Positions 47,815 to 57,851 of a stretch of 64,000 nucleotides of DNA are shown here, piece by piece. Position 1 is the stretch's first letter. Each line of letters starts with the position of its first letter. The notes beneath the pieces were generated by a model. The model worked only from the letters and a program-made list of their open reading frames with translations, was not told where the DNA came from and ran no database searches. The translations under genes and the position numbers were made by a program. The stretch covers positions 32,001-96,000 of the IMG/VR virus record IMGVR_UViG_3300027836_000007; one strand, given 5' to 3'. The stretch is from a virus.

Positions 47815-50800
47815 TTATCTCTCACGTCGCTGCATAAACATTTTAAATGCTGGGATTGCGCCGTCTGGAATCTTAGTAAGAGTAGTTTTATTTTCCATTC
47901 TAATTCCTGAGCCAGGTAATCCAGGTATTACTGTTGAACTCATGAAGTATGGGCCGCCAACAAATACTGTTCCTGCAATAAAACTACCGGTAAATGTGTT
48001 TGCGCCACCTTGACTTAAACGTCCTGTTAAGAAAGATTTAACTGCTCGCTGTGTTGGAACAATAGTATCTAAATTAGCTGCAAATGTATTATCTGTACTA
48101 AACTGATTAACTACAACACTTGCACTTCCAACAGCAATGCCGCCTAAACTTAGTGTTTCTAATCCCGATAATCCAAATTGTGTTGCACTAAGCGTAACTG
48201 TACCTGTTGCCTGTTGTACTCCAAATAATCCACCTACAGTAAAATTACCGTTTTCGTCTGTGCTGGTATAGAATACACGGCCCTGATTTGTTTCAACTGC
48301 CTGTTGATTTACTCGAGCTGCTTCGCTATCAGTAAACGGATAGTTAGCTCGTTGTTTATTACCGGTGCCTACTAGTAAAAAGTCATGGTTGGTTACACGA
48401 CACTGACTATAAAACTGACGTAGCAGTATAGTTGCGCCGTTATCTGGACTTAGCGCCGTTGACATCTCTGGAGATACTTGCACTGTAGCTTCAATAAACG
48501 GAGCAGTTGACCCAAACACTGCCGATGCATTGGTAATTTTATAAATTTGAGGATTGCCTGCAATTGACAAGCTACTGCCTACTAACGGAACTGATACTAA
48601 GTTTTTAAGAATTAAATTTAGTCCAACTTGGTAAGTGTCTGCATATCCGTTACCAGTAATAGTTACTACAGTAGATGTTGTGTTGTACCCTGTTCCTCTA
48701 TTGATGAATGTTGGATTCGCTAGTGTGCCGTTAGAAATTCTAGGAACTAATAGTACTGGCACAGATACGTTGTAGTCTACAAGATTAACAGCCGGTGTTA
48801 TTGAATAATTTGATCCTGGCTCCCATACTGAGACTGAACTAATTACACCACCATCAACCGCTGCTCTGCCTTGTGCTCTAGCTCCTTCGTAAATTGCGGT
48901 TGCATTCCCAACAGAATCTCCAGTTCCTGTCAATGTTGCAAACACACCAATATTATCACTGGTGAAACCAAATGCTATAGCACTAATACTACCGTATGTT
49001 AATGTTCGAGATTTCCAATATACTCCATGTTCACTAACCCATGCAGCGGTACTGTCTGAATTTACAGCAACAAACACACCTTGGCCGTATCTTATACTAG
49101 TAGCAGACATGTAATTATTCGATTGTGTCCAATTAACCGCATCAAAGCTAAGTGCAGAACGTAAGCCAGCACCGGATTGTGTAGCTATAAATCTACCAGC
49201 ACCAAATGCTACATCAGTATATACTGGTGCTCCAACTTCAAATTCTAAACCAAATACAGTACCAGCACTAGTGGATATTGGATTAGTTCCCTGGATAGCG
49301 TTAATATAAGTAGTTGCCAGTGTGAACGACGATTTTCCATTAGTTGCACTAATATAGTATGTTCCGTTTGTTACGGCACCTTGTCCGCCGGTTACAGACA
49401 ATGCTCCGGATATTTTTATACTTTGCCCAATTATTAATTGAGTGTCGGTTATAGTTGTGCAATTAAACTGACCAGCGCCGCCGATAATTGTAACGCCACT
49501 GAGTGTTAAATCACTTGTTGGTAATGTAGATGCGTTCCATGTCACTCCATTAGTGCTCCAGCTGGTTTGGCCGTTGCTGTTGACTGCAAGGAACACGCCA
49601 CTACCATAAGTCAATCCAACCCAATCCCCAATAGAACTAGTAATAGCAGTACTATTGTTAAAATCGTCAAGATGCATTAATAACATAGTATTTGCATCTG
49701 AATCAAATTGCGGGCCGGATGGTGTGAATGCTGTTGTATATCTACTTACACCTCTGGTAACTCGTACTTCGTCAATATATCCAGTAGCTATATTTCCTCC
49801 TGTGAATGATGCTCCTATTCTTATTGGTCTAGCTACATACACATTAGAATCTGTATAAGTTGTAGGAGTCAATATTCCGTTAACGAACAATCTAGTTACA
49901 CCGCTAGTTCTTGACACAGCTACATGCGAGAATGCACCTGGCAAAAGAGTCGAGCTAGATGTGATCTGATAAGCATTGTTGACAAATAATCTTATATTTC
50001 CAGATGTATCCATTTCTAAATAAATTGCTGCTTCGTTAGCAATACTTCGTTGATCAATTAGTACCTGTTGTGTGCCTAATGATGCTGGTCTCCAAAAGAA
50101 TTCAATAGTAAAATCTTCATTGTTATACGCAAATTTTTCATCGCTGGCCACAGTAATATAACTTGAGCCGTCTAAGTATAAGCTAGAAATACCAGTTCTA
50201 TATTGTGCTGTACTTATTACCGGTGCGCCTGTTAATGTTATATCAGTACTGCTTGATAAACTACTTGCATTCCAAGTTAAGCCTTGATTAGTCGAATATG
50301 CAGCTCGAGTATTATCGCTACTGATGGCTACAAAAGTTCCGTTACCATAAACAATCGAGCTCCAAGTAGAAGTTGTCGGTAGTTGACTAGTTCTCCATCC
50401 TAATCCGTTAGATGCAGAATATGCTACTAAAGAATCACCTAGTACAACCCAATAACAATTTCCGTATGCAACATTAGTCCACACACCCGATGGTAGTGTC
50501 AATTCTGTCCATTCTACTCCATCCGTTGATACTGCTCCAACAGTACCTGTAGTTGGTATTGCCATAAAATAATTATCACCGTAGGCAATATGGTTAAATG
50601 ATCCGGTAAGTAATGGGGTTTCTACAGTACCGGATACTTGGCTGTATGGTGGAAGATCGTACACTGTTCTAGGTTCAATAAAATATGCACTAGTAGAATC
50701 GAGTGAAATTGCAGGAGGAGTGCCTTGATTAATGTTATCCCAACCACTTGCTGCCATTTGCATATTACCTACGCCAGACGTCAAGGTTAACGGAGTTCCT

Positions 50801-53800
50801 GCTTTTGAAGTGCTGATTGATATACTTGGGGTTGCTGGATTTGATATATCTATTGCTGTTATATAGTAAACAGTGTAAGAATTAACTCCTCCAAACAAGC
50901 TAGTAGAGAAGGTACCGTTCATAGTGCTAGGATTACCTACGCTGTGCGTAATATTTAATCTAGTACCAGTACTTGTTAATGTCATTGATCCTGTGCCTGC
51001 ACCTAATGATAACGGTTCGGGGCAAGTTCTAGCCTGTATCAAACCATCTTCATCAGTTAAACCAAAAGTATTTGTTTTATCTGAACTAATTGTAATTTGT
51101 TTTGATACTACATTAATAGTTAAAATATAATATACTGTTTCAGGAACAATATTACCAAATGTTTGTCCAAGTCGTATTCCGCTGAATATGATCGGTTGTC
51201 CTACAACAAAACCAGTTACTGATTCTAATGTAACTACGTTCGTACCAAAGGTAGTGTTAGTTGCCGTTGTTCTAATAATACTTTCTGTAATATTAAAACT
51301 AGTACCATCGACAATCTTACTAATGTAATAAGTTACACCCGGTGAAATGGCCGCATCAAAAATTGTTCCGCTGAACACTACTGGGTTCATAGGAATCAAA
51401 CTTGTTGTTGTAACAACTATAGTGTTTGTTGATCCGCCAATTGTCGAAGTCGATGTCAACGTTACCTTGATTGTGGAAATTGTAAAGTTATTTGCATCAA
51501 TGATATCATTAATAAAATAATTTGTTCCTAATATAATTCCGCCCAGTGATACTCCGGTAAATTGAATATTAATATTTGGCACCATGTTTGCTGTTGATGC
51601 TGATATAAGGTTAGAGTATCTTGGATAAGTCATGGTCATAGTTACTGCATTGCTTACCGGTACATTGGTTAACTGTATAGCATTGCCTGATATTGTTGTT
51701 GATATTTGTATAAGATCATTTACATAATCGATATCAACAATATAATATTCAAAACCTGTTGTAATATTAAAACCCGTGCCTGTAAATGTAACTGGCATGT
51801 TTAGGAAAAGACTATCCGTAGGTATTGAAATAGTATTGGTTGTTCCGCCAACAGTTGCGGTAGCAACAACAGTATCAACCGAAGTTGATGTTGCAGTTGT
51901 TGTATAATATGTTGGAACAAATTGTACTGCTTGATTAACATACCAAGAACTTAACTCAGTTCCGTTAGGCAAGGCTAGTCTATTAAGTGCTGGAGTTGCA
52001 TTAAACGTTGATGTTACTATAGTTACTGGATCAACACTTTCTTTAAGCACTAATGCGGTTTTTCCATCAATTCCGTTTGCATCAGTTGTTGCTAAATTGT
52101 TGTAATATGAAATAAATCCATATTGTCCGGCACCAGTACCGCCATTAACAAACACACGCATGCCTAAGTAGTTAAAAATTCCTTGATCAGTACCTGCAAG
52201 TTTAATAGTATTTGGACTTCCTTCTTGAGCAGTATTTAAACTAGTTGCATACCCTGCGCCACCAGTGCTGCCATTAGAGTCTGTGGTAATTCTAGAATTA
52301 AAAACAGCCTGACTACGAATTTCGTCGCCCGATAAAAGAGCGTTGGAGCCGGCTCCAACTACTTGGAAATTTGCGTATGCACTAAATCTATTAATAGTTG
52401 TTTCAAGATAAAAATTTGGAGCAAACGTTGATTCTGATATTTCTAACTGGGCACCGTAAATTATAGAATATGTATTGGCAATTGGTGAGTGTGCGCTTTG
52501 CGGGAAGAATTTATAAGTTACTGTGTTATTAACGCCAGTTGAATCACTTATTGACATCCACACACGGTACCAGCCAGTTGCTAACGTTTTTTGTGCGCCG
52601 TATTGAGTCGGTGCCGTGCCGCCGTTTGCCGAACTTAAAATACTAGTTCCGCTGTATGGAGTTACTGTATTACTAGTGACGTTGTAGTTGATACCGCTAG
52701 TTACAGTAGTTGTTCCAGAAAATACAGCTTGTATATCAACACTTGATGATGTGCCGGCGAACACATACATGCTTAATGTATATCCTTGATTAGTTCCGGT
52801 TGGCACTGTACCAGACGTTGAAGCAATTGTTGAAATTCCAGTTCCGGCTAAATCGCCAACAACTATTGTTAGATCATTAACAATGTTTTTTCCACCAAGC
52901 AGGGCTCCACTAATTTTAATGGTATTACCAGATTGATACAATGATCCTGCAATATTTACTGTCACTACGTACCCTGCAGGCGCAATAGTAACATTAAATG
53001 TTGCGCCGTCGCCTGAAGCACCGTCTTGTGTTACACCTGCTAAATTAGTATAGGTATATCCAGCCGGATTAATGCTTACTGATTGTTGAATATATCCAGT
53101 TCCAGGTGTGTTTGTCGAACCAGTAAGTAACCACCCTTCAGTGTAACCGTTAGGAGCAATGTTATTTTTAGTAAATGCAACGTTACTATCGCTAGTCCAA
53201 GTAGTAAGGAAATCGTTACTCCAATTTAACATATTAGTTGTAGACAAATTATATGCTGAGCCGGCATTGGTATAATTTAATTTTAATACTTGGTCTGTAG
53301 TACCAAAAGCACTTTGAACGTTGGCTTGAACTTGCTGTGATTGATTATTCACAACACCTGTTAACGGAACTTCTGTTGGGTCAAACCCTTCGCCAATGAT
53401 GCCAAATGTGCCGTATGAACTGTTACCGTTAGCTGAACGAATTCTACCGCCATCTTCTGACAAATAGCCTGCATAGCAGTAGTATGAGAATACTGAAATT
53501 GCTTCTGTAATCGCGCCTGGACCTCTACACCATAAGCCAATGCCATCACTTAGTACCATGGTATAGTCGTTTGATACAATCGACTTACTTCCGCCGTTGT
53601 GCAAGTATCCATCAATCTTTATACCAGCACACCCTTCACCAAACACTGTAATATTTTGAACATATGGGCTTCGACGGGATATCCAAACAGTAGAATCGTT
53701 TGGACCGTTTCCTGGATCTAAGCTGGTATATGCTCCGCCAGTTGTTCTTGCAGTACCAAATTGATTATCTGCTGATACTGTGCCTTTTAACCCAAAGAAT

Positions 53801-56800
53801 GACACGTTACGCATGCCTGAACCGTTACGCATGTAGAACATGTCTTTTAGACAATCACCGGCGTACACTGTCATATTACCAGAACCACTAGTAAATTCTA
53901 CTAGATTGCCGCTGGCAGTAAATGTTTGAAGTATTCCAGTTAAAGTTGCATTTGAAGGTTCATAGTAATACACACTGAGAATGTTATCAAATTCTACAGT
54001 GCTTAAAGTAATTGTGGCAATACTATTAGCCTCTTGAGAAAATGCCGATACAACAGTATTTGCTGGTATTCCAGGGCCTGTTATTTTCATGCCAACTGAT
54101 AACTTGGTAATACTAGTTACATTTGATAGTATGTTGCTGTTAGTTGTTGTACTACCTTTAAATGTAAATGTTGGAGCATCGTTAATTTTTAATGTTGTGC
54201 TAGTAATACTGCTACCTACAACATAGTATGTTTGGCCAGATACAACGCCTCCAAACGTTGTACTTGCATTGTTCACAAACGGGCTGATAAATTGTAAAGG
54301 CATTTGATCAGTCAGCCCAGCAGTACTATTAACAACCATGGTGTTTGATAATGTCCCGTTGCCTGCTGAAAAAGTTTCTTTACAATATAAAGTAATATTA
54401 GTAGCTGGTTGGATTACAGCACTACGCAATTCGTCTCCAACAACTGCTACGTTTTCTGGAACAATTATTGGAAGAAACTCGTTATACGTACCTGTTTTAA
54501 CATAGATAGTTGCAGATATACCTGTATTTGCAGCAGGAAGTAAGTAAGTGTTTTTATTAGATAATGCTGTTAGAATAATATCCATTAAACTTGTAATGTT
54601 GGCAGTCGTTAATGGTTCTGCTACAAGATCAGTATCGATATATTGATTAACAATGCTGGTAACGGGTACATTATTCAATGTTTGATAGCTAATTAATGCT
54701 ACATTTTCTACAACGCTGGTCATTAAAGTTAGTAAGTAGTCAAGAGCCGGAACATAATATACAACAGATGATTCAACTAAACTGTTTATAAGTTGCGTCT
54801 TACTTCCAACAAAGAAAAACGACAGAGCCGCGGCAACTGATTGACTGTTTCCGCCACGTTTTAAATCATATATAACTGCATCAATAATTTGTGCGGCATC
54901 GCGCTGTGCCTTATAGGCACTCCATAAACTGTCTGGGTCGAATGGACTAATACTTTCACTCATCTGATAAAGCATCCATTCGTACATTTCTGCAACTAGG
55001 TAGGCTTGGTTTGCTTCTAATAATGTTACAGCATTTTTAAAATAAAATCCTTGATTGATAGTGTCGCAGGCATACTTAATAGTTTTCCAAGGTTGATCCC
55101 AGTCAACGCCATAATGTGCAGCATCTACTCCAATATTATTGTCAACATAGTATACTGCCGCTATTACATTCAACTTTCTCCAGTTGGGAAGATCGCCTGA
55201 TACACCTAATATGTAAGTATCAATTTCAGTAGTACTGGTAATTGGCAACGTTGACGGTTTATTGTCTTTGAATGTTCTTAGATCTCCTTGAACATTTAAA
55301 GAGTTATTAGGATCGTGTGCAATTAATACAATCCAATACACAGAAGTAGTATCAGTATCAGGTCTGTAATTTCCTGTGTGATTGTTTATACAAACATACG
55401 TTACGTTATTCCATTTAACTATATCTCCAACTGCATACGACGCACTCGGGATCCAACGATTGCTCCATTTTTTGCCTGGGATTACTAATGCCCAATATTC
55501 TGAGTTTACTCCTCTGAATGTAATTGGCGAGCCTTGAGTGATAGTGTCGTCTGTATGTTTTGATAATTGAATTGCGTACAGTGTTCCTGTAATAAGTGAC
55601 GATGCTACAACTTGATCGGTACTTATCTTCCACGATGTTCCAGAGCCAGATACAATATATACATTACCACTAAAACCTGAAACTATCATTCCAACTGCAA
55701 ATGTTCCTGTAATAGTGCCGGCAAGTGTTAAAATATTTCTATTAGATGGGCTTATTGTAGTTGTACCTGATCCGTATACTCCCGGATCAGTAGTATAACT
55801 TACAGTAATACTGGTAGTAGAACTATCTGTACATGTAACCGATCCGTTATAAGATACATTACTATTTCCAGCTATAGTATATTGTGTATTAATTTCTGGA
55901 GCAATTGCCTGTGAAGGAATTGCAAAAGTAACTAAAAACAGTAATGAATTAGAAGTATCTTTACTAGTAAAAGAGCTAATGGTAATTGGTACTGATGCCG
56001 TAACAGTTGCGGCAGTTGCTGATGCCGTTGATGTGGTGATTGTTGAAACTGTTTGTCCGCTAGTGAGTCCAAGTCCAGATGCTATATTACCAACAGCTAT
56101 GCCGGCTACAGAAGTAAGATTTATAATACTACTCGAGGTGCTAGTTGTATAAGACGATACAACTGCACTAGAATTTGGATCCTGTGCTGTATTATTTGTA
56201 ACTGCTTCATATAATACACCGTTGCGAGATACTAAATCACCTGGTGCATAACTCGATCCACCACTCCACATATTTTTTACAGTGTATCCAATGTTAAATA
56301 ATCCCCAATCAGTTGTACTAGTATTTGGATCGTTATTTAAATTGTTTGCTGTTTTACTAATATATGCATCACCGCCATACACAACGGTATCGCCGAGTTG
56401 ATAAGTAGTTCCTGGTGACCATATTAGGTCAAACATCTGTCCTGGAATCCATAATGTAAAATTATTTGTATCAAATGTAGCAATTGATGTATGATATTGA
56501 GTACAAATATAAATGTTTGAATCTAGTTTGACTAAATCGTTTAATTTATATCTATAATTAGATTGCCAGTCGCCTAAATACACGTTGCCAGAATAATAAA
56601 CAGTCCAACTGGCCTGATTAGCTTCTAATCCAAGTGTAGTGCTAGCGGAACTAACATGATTTGCAATACACTTGTAGACAATTCCACCCCAACGAACAAC
56701 ATCGTTTAATCCGTATACTGTGTTAGGAGTCCAGTCTGTTTTCCAACCGTCAAATTCTGTATATACGGCCCAGTTTGCTACGTCAGCTGCAAACGTAGTA

Positions 56801-57099
56801 CTTGTGTGTGCAACTATAGATGTATATGTTTTTCCGCCAAAGATAACAATATGTCCAACTCCGTACGAATAATTGGCAGTCCATGGACCAACAACTGTTT
56901 TACCATCGGTCATTTGTTGCCAGATTGGAAACGTAGCGTACAGATCAGTATAGAAATTTGGGCTTGCTGTATTTGGAATTAAGCAAGAATATGCTTTTCC
57001 ATCGTTTAAGATTACATCATCTCGAGAATATACATTACCTGGAGTCCATGTGCCTGACCAGTTATATCGTAATCTTCCAAGTTTAAATTCTTGTGCCAT
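47815..57099 (-). CDS. Giant virion appendage/tail fibre protein (3094 aa), paralogue of the 3761-aa protein, with a LamG/ConA-like domain
   Basis: Same EFKLGR start, same repeat types and same C-terminal HDFL..GTG/GRVF.TSTD..GNF/VPTQ.A.K block. Contains DFTIEFF..P...GYIDEVRVT LamG-like domain. Confidence 0.8.
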   Translation of the reverse strand: MAQEFKLGRLRYNWSGTWTPGNVYSRDDVILNDGKAYSCLIPNTASPNFYTDLYATFPIWQQMTDGKTVVGPWTANYSYGVGHIVIFGGKTYTSIVAHTSTTFAADVANWAVYTEFDGWKTDWTPNTVYGLNDVVRWGGIVYKCIANHVSSASTTLGLEANQASWTVYYSGNVYLGDWQSNYRYKLNDLVKLDSNIYICTQYHTSIATFDTNNFTLWIPGQMFDLIWSPGTTYQLGDTVVYGGDAYISKTANNLNNDPNTSTTDWGLFNIGYTVKNMWSGGSSYAPGDLVSRNGVLYEAVTNNTAQDPNSSAVVSSYTTSTSSSIINLTSVAGIAVGNIASGLGLTSGQTVSTITTSTASATAATVTASVPITISSFTSKDTSNSLLFLVTFAIPSQAIAPEINTQYTIAGNSNVSYNGSVTCTDSSTTSITVSYTTDPGVYGSGTTTISPSNRNILTLAGTITGTFAVGMIVSGFSGNVYIVSGSGTSWKISTDQVVASSLITGTLYAIQLSKHTDDTITQGSPITFRGVNSEYWALVIPGKKWSNRWIPSASYAVGDIVKWNNVTYVCINNHTGNYRPDTDTTSVYWIVLIAHDPNNSLNVQGDLRTFKDNKPSTLPITSTTEIDTYILGVSGDLPNWRKLNVIAAVYYVDNNIGVDAAHYGVDWDQPWKTIKYACDTINQGFYFKNAVTLLEANQAYLVAEMYEWMLYQMSESISPFDPDSLWSAYKAQRDAAQIIDAVIYDLKRGGNSQSVAAALSFFFVGSKTQLINSLVESSVVYYVPALDYLLTLMTSVVENVALISYQTLNNVPVTSIVNQYIDTDLVAEPLTTANITSLMDIILTALSNKNTYLLPAANTGISATIYVKTGTYNEFLPIIVPENVAVVGDELRSAVIQPATNITLYCKETFSAGNGTLSNTMVVNSTAGLTDQMPLQFISPFVNNASTTFGGVVSGQTYYVVGSSITSTTLKINDAPTFTFKGSTTTNSNILSNVTSITKLSVGMKITGPGIPANTVVSAFSQEANSIATITLSTVEFDNILSVYYYEPSNATLTGILQTFTASGNLVEFTSGSGNMTVYAGDCLKDMFYMRNGSGMRNVSFFGLKGTVSADNQFGTARTTGGAYTSLDPGNGPNDSTVWISRRSPYVQNITVFGEGCAGIKIDGYLHNGGSKSIVSNDYTMVLSDGIGLWCRGPGAITEAISVFSYYCYAGYLSEDGGRIRSANGNSSYGTFGIIGEGFDPTEVPLTGVVNNQSQQVQANVQSAFGTTDQVLKLNYTNAGSAYNLSTTNMLNWSNDFLTTWTSDSNVAFTKNNIAPNGYTEGWLLTGSTNTPGTGYIQQSVSINPAGYTYTNLAGVTQDGASGDGATFNVTIAPAGYVVTVNIAGSLYQSGNTIKISGALLGGKNIVNDLTIVVGDLAGTGISTIASTSGTVPTGTNQGYTLSMYVFAGTSSSVDIQAVFSGTTTVTSGINYNVTSNTVTPYSGTSILSSANGGTAPTQYGAQKTLATGWYRVWMSISDSTGVNNTVTYKFFPQSAHSPIANTYSIIYGAQLEISESTFAPNFYLETTINRFSAYANFQVVGAGSNALLSGDEIRSQAVFNSRITTDSNGSTGGAGYATSLNTAQEGSPNTIKLAGTDQGIFNYLGMRVFVNGGTGAGQYGFISYYNNLATTDANGIDGKTALVLKESVDPVTIVTSTFNATPALNRLALPNGTELSSWYVNQAVQFVPTYYTTTATSTSVDTVVATATVGGTTNTISIPTDSLFLNMPVTFTGTGFNITTGFEYYIVDIDYVNDLIQISTTISGNAIQLTNVPVSNAVTMTMTYPRYSNLISASTANMVPNINIQFTGVSLGGIILGTNYFINDIIDANNFTISTIKVTLTSTSTIGGSTNTIVVTTTSLIPMNPVVFSGTIFDAAISPGVTYYISKIVDGTSFNITESIIRTTATNTTFGTNVVTLESVTGFVVGQPIIFSGIRLGQTFGNIVPETVYYILTINVVSKQITISSDKTNTFGLTDEDGLIQARTCPEPLSLGAGTGSMTLTSTGTRLNITHSVGNPSTMNGTFSTSLFGGVNSYTVYYITAIDISNPATPSISISTSKAGTPLTLTSGVGNMQMAASGWDNINQGTPPAISLDSTSAYFIEPRTVYDLPPYSQVSGTVETPLLTGSFNHIAYGDNYFMAIPTTGTVGAVSTDGVEWTELTLPSGVWTNVAYGNCYWVVLGDSLVAYSASNGLGWRTSQLPTTSTWSSIVYGNGTFVAISSDNTRAAYSTNQGLTWNASSLSSSTDITLTGAPVISTAQYRTGISSLYLDGSSYITVASDEKFAYNNEDFTIEFFWRPASLGTQQVLIDQRSIANEAAIYLEMDTSGNIRLFVNNAYQITSSSTLLPGAFSHVAVSRTSGVTRLFVNGILTPTTYTDSNVYVARPIRIGASFTGGNIATGYIDEVRVTRGVSRYTTAFTPSGPQFDSDANTMLLMHLDDFNNSTAITSSIGDWVGLTYGSGVFLAVNSNGQTSWSTNGVTWNASTLPTSDLTLSGVTIIGGAGQFNCTTITDTQLIIGQSIKISGALSVTGGQGAVTNGTYYISATNGKSSFTLATTYINAIQGTNPISTSAGTVFGLEFEVGAPVYTDVAFGAGRFIATQSGAGLRSALSFDAVNWTQSNNYMSATSIRYGQGVFVAVNSDSTAAWVSEHGVYWKSRTLTYGSISAIAFGFTSDNIGVFATLTGTGDSVGNATAIYEGARAQGRAAVDGGVISSVSVWEPGSNYSITPAVNLVDYNVSVPVLLVPRISNGTLANPTFINRGTGYNTTSTVVTITGNGYADTYQVGLNLILKNLVSVPLVGSSLSIAGNPQIYKITNASAVFGSTAPFIEATVQVSPEMSTALSPDNGATILLRQFYSQCRVTNHDFLLVGTGNKQRANYPFTDSEAARVNQQAVETNQGRVFYTSTDENGNFTVGGLFGVQQATGTVTLSATQFGLSGLETLSLGGIAVGSASVVVNQFSTDNTFAANLDTIVPTQRAVKSFLTGRLSQGGANTFTGSFIAGTVFVGGPYFMSSTVIPGLPGSGIRMENKTTLTKIPDGAIPAFKMFMQRRER

Positions 57100-57121
57100 T
57101 TTTTATTTTTCCTTGACTTTA

Positions 57122-57505
57122 TTAGCTAACAATTTGTTCTGGGCCATATGTGTACGCTTGATTAATACGAACAATTAATTCTCCAGCAGCATTTATATAA
57201 TAATAACAATTTTTGCTGTCCCATCGATACTGATCAAATTGTAAATTGGTATATGGGCGGCTATGGTCAGATGCTTTTCTCCCGTCAAAAAAGTCAACGC
57301 CGTATTCAAAACTTTCAAAATTGTTTTCGTATGCGCCGGGAACATTTATTGTAATTGTATCTATGCTAGAAAGTTGGTCTACTTTTGTAAAAAATAAAGT
57401 ACCGTCATCGGCGCCAGTATCTTGTCTACGGAGACCGTAGAAGAATCTTGGATTACCTTCCCCTAGTAGTTCAACTGAACTAAGCTGTCCAACATAATAT
57501 GTCAT
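57122..57505 (-). CDS. Hypothetical structural-module protein (127 aa)
   Basis: AAGGA RBS, tight packing, FYGLRR and QYRWD....YYIN..GEL motifs. Confidence 0.7.
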   Translation of the reverse strand: MTYYVGQLSSVELLGEGNPRFFYGLRRQDTGADDGTLFFTKVDQLSSIDTITINVPGAYENNFESFEYGVDFFDGRKASDHSRPYTNLQFDQYRWDSKNCYYYINAAGELIVRINQAYTYGPEQIVS

Positions 57506-57515
57506 AATTTATTCC

Positions 57516-57848
57516 TTATGTAATTGATACATAACTCATTACTAGATCTAAACTAGCATCCTGGCTAGCTGTCATAATGATGCTGGTATTAGTACCAATA
57601 ATTAATTTTTCGCCACCGTTAATAACACGTAAACTTTGATTTGGCGGCACTGGGATGCCCTTGATGTAATGAGCACTGTCACCAGTAGTGAGATTTTCTA
57701 TAAGAATAGTTGCTAAAATAATACTGTCTGTTAAGTTAGTTAGACTTAGACCAATAACAGTGACACGAGCATTAACAGCCGATGTTAGAGCAGTTGTTGG
57801 AGTTGTTCCAAGTTCTGGTATTAAAGAGTTTCCAAATGTGGTTGCCAT
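57516..57848 (-). CDS. Small virion structural protein (110 aa)
   Basis: TVIGLSL.N, VPP..SL....GEKL, D..MS pattern. Starts 3 nt after the stop of the large fibre gene. Confidence 0.65.
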   Translation of the reverse strand: MATTFGNSLIPELGTTPTTALTSAVNARVTVIGLSLTNLTDSIILATILIENLTTGDSAHYIKGIPVPPNQSLRVINGGEKLIIGTNTSIIMTASQDASLDLVMSYVSIT

Positions 57849-57851
57849 ATT

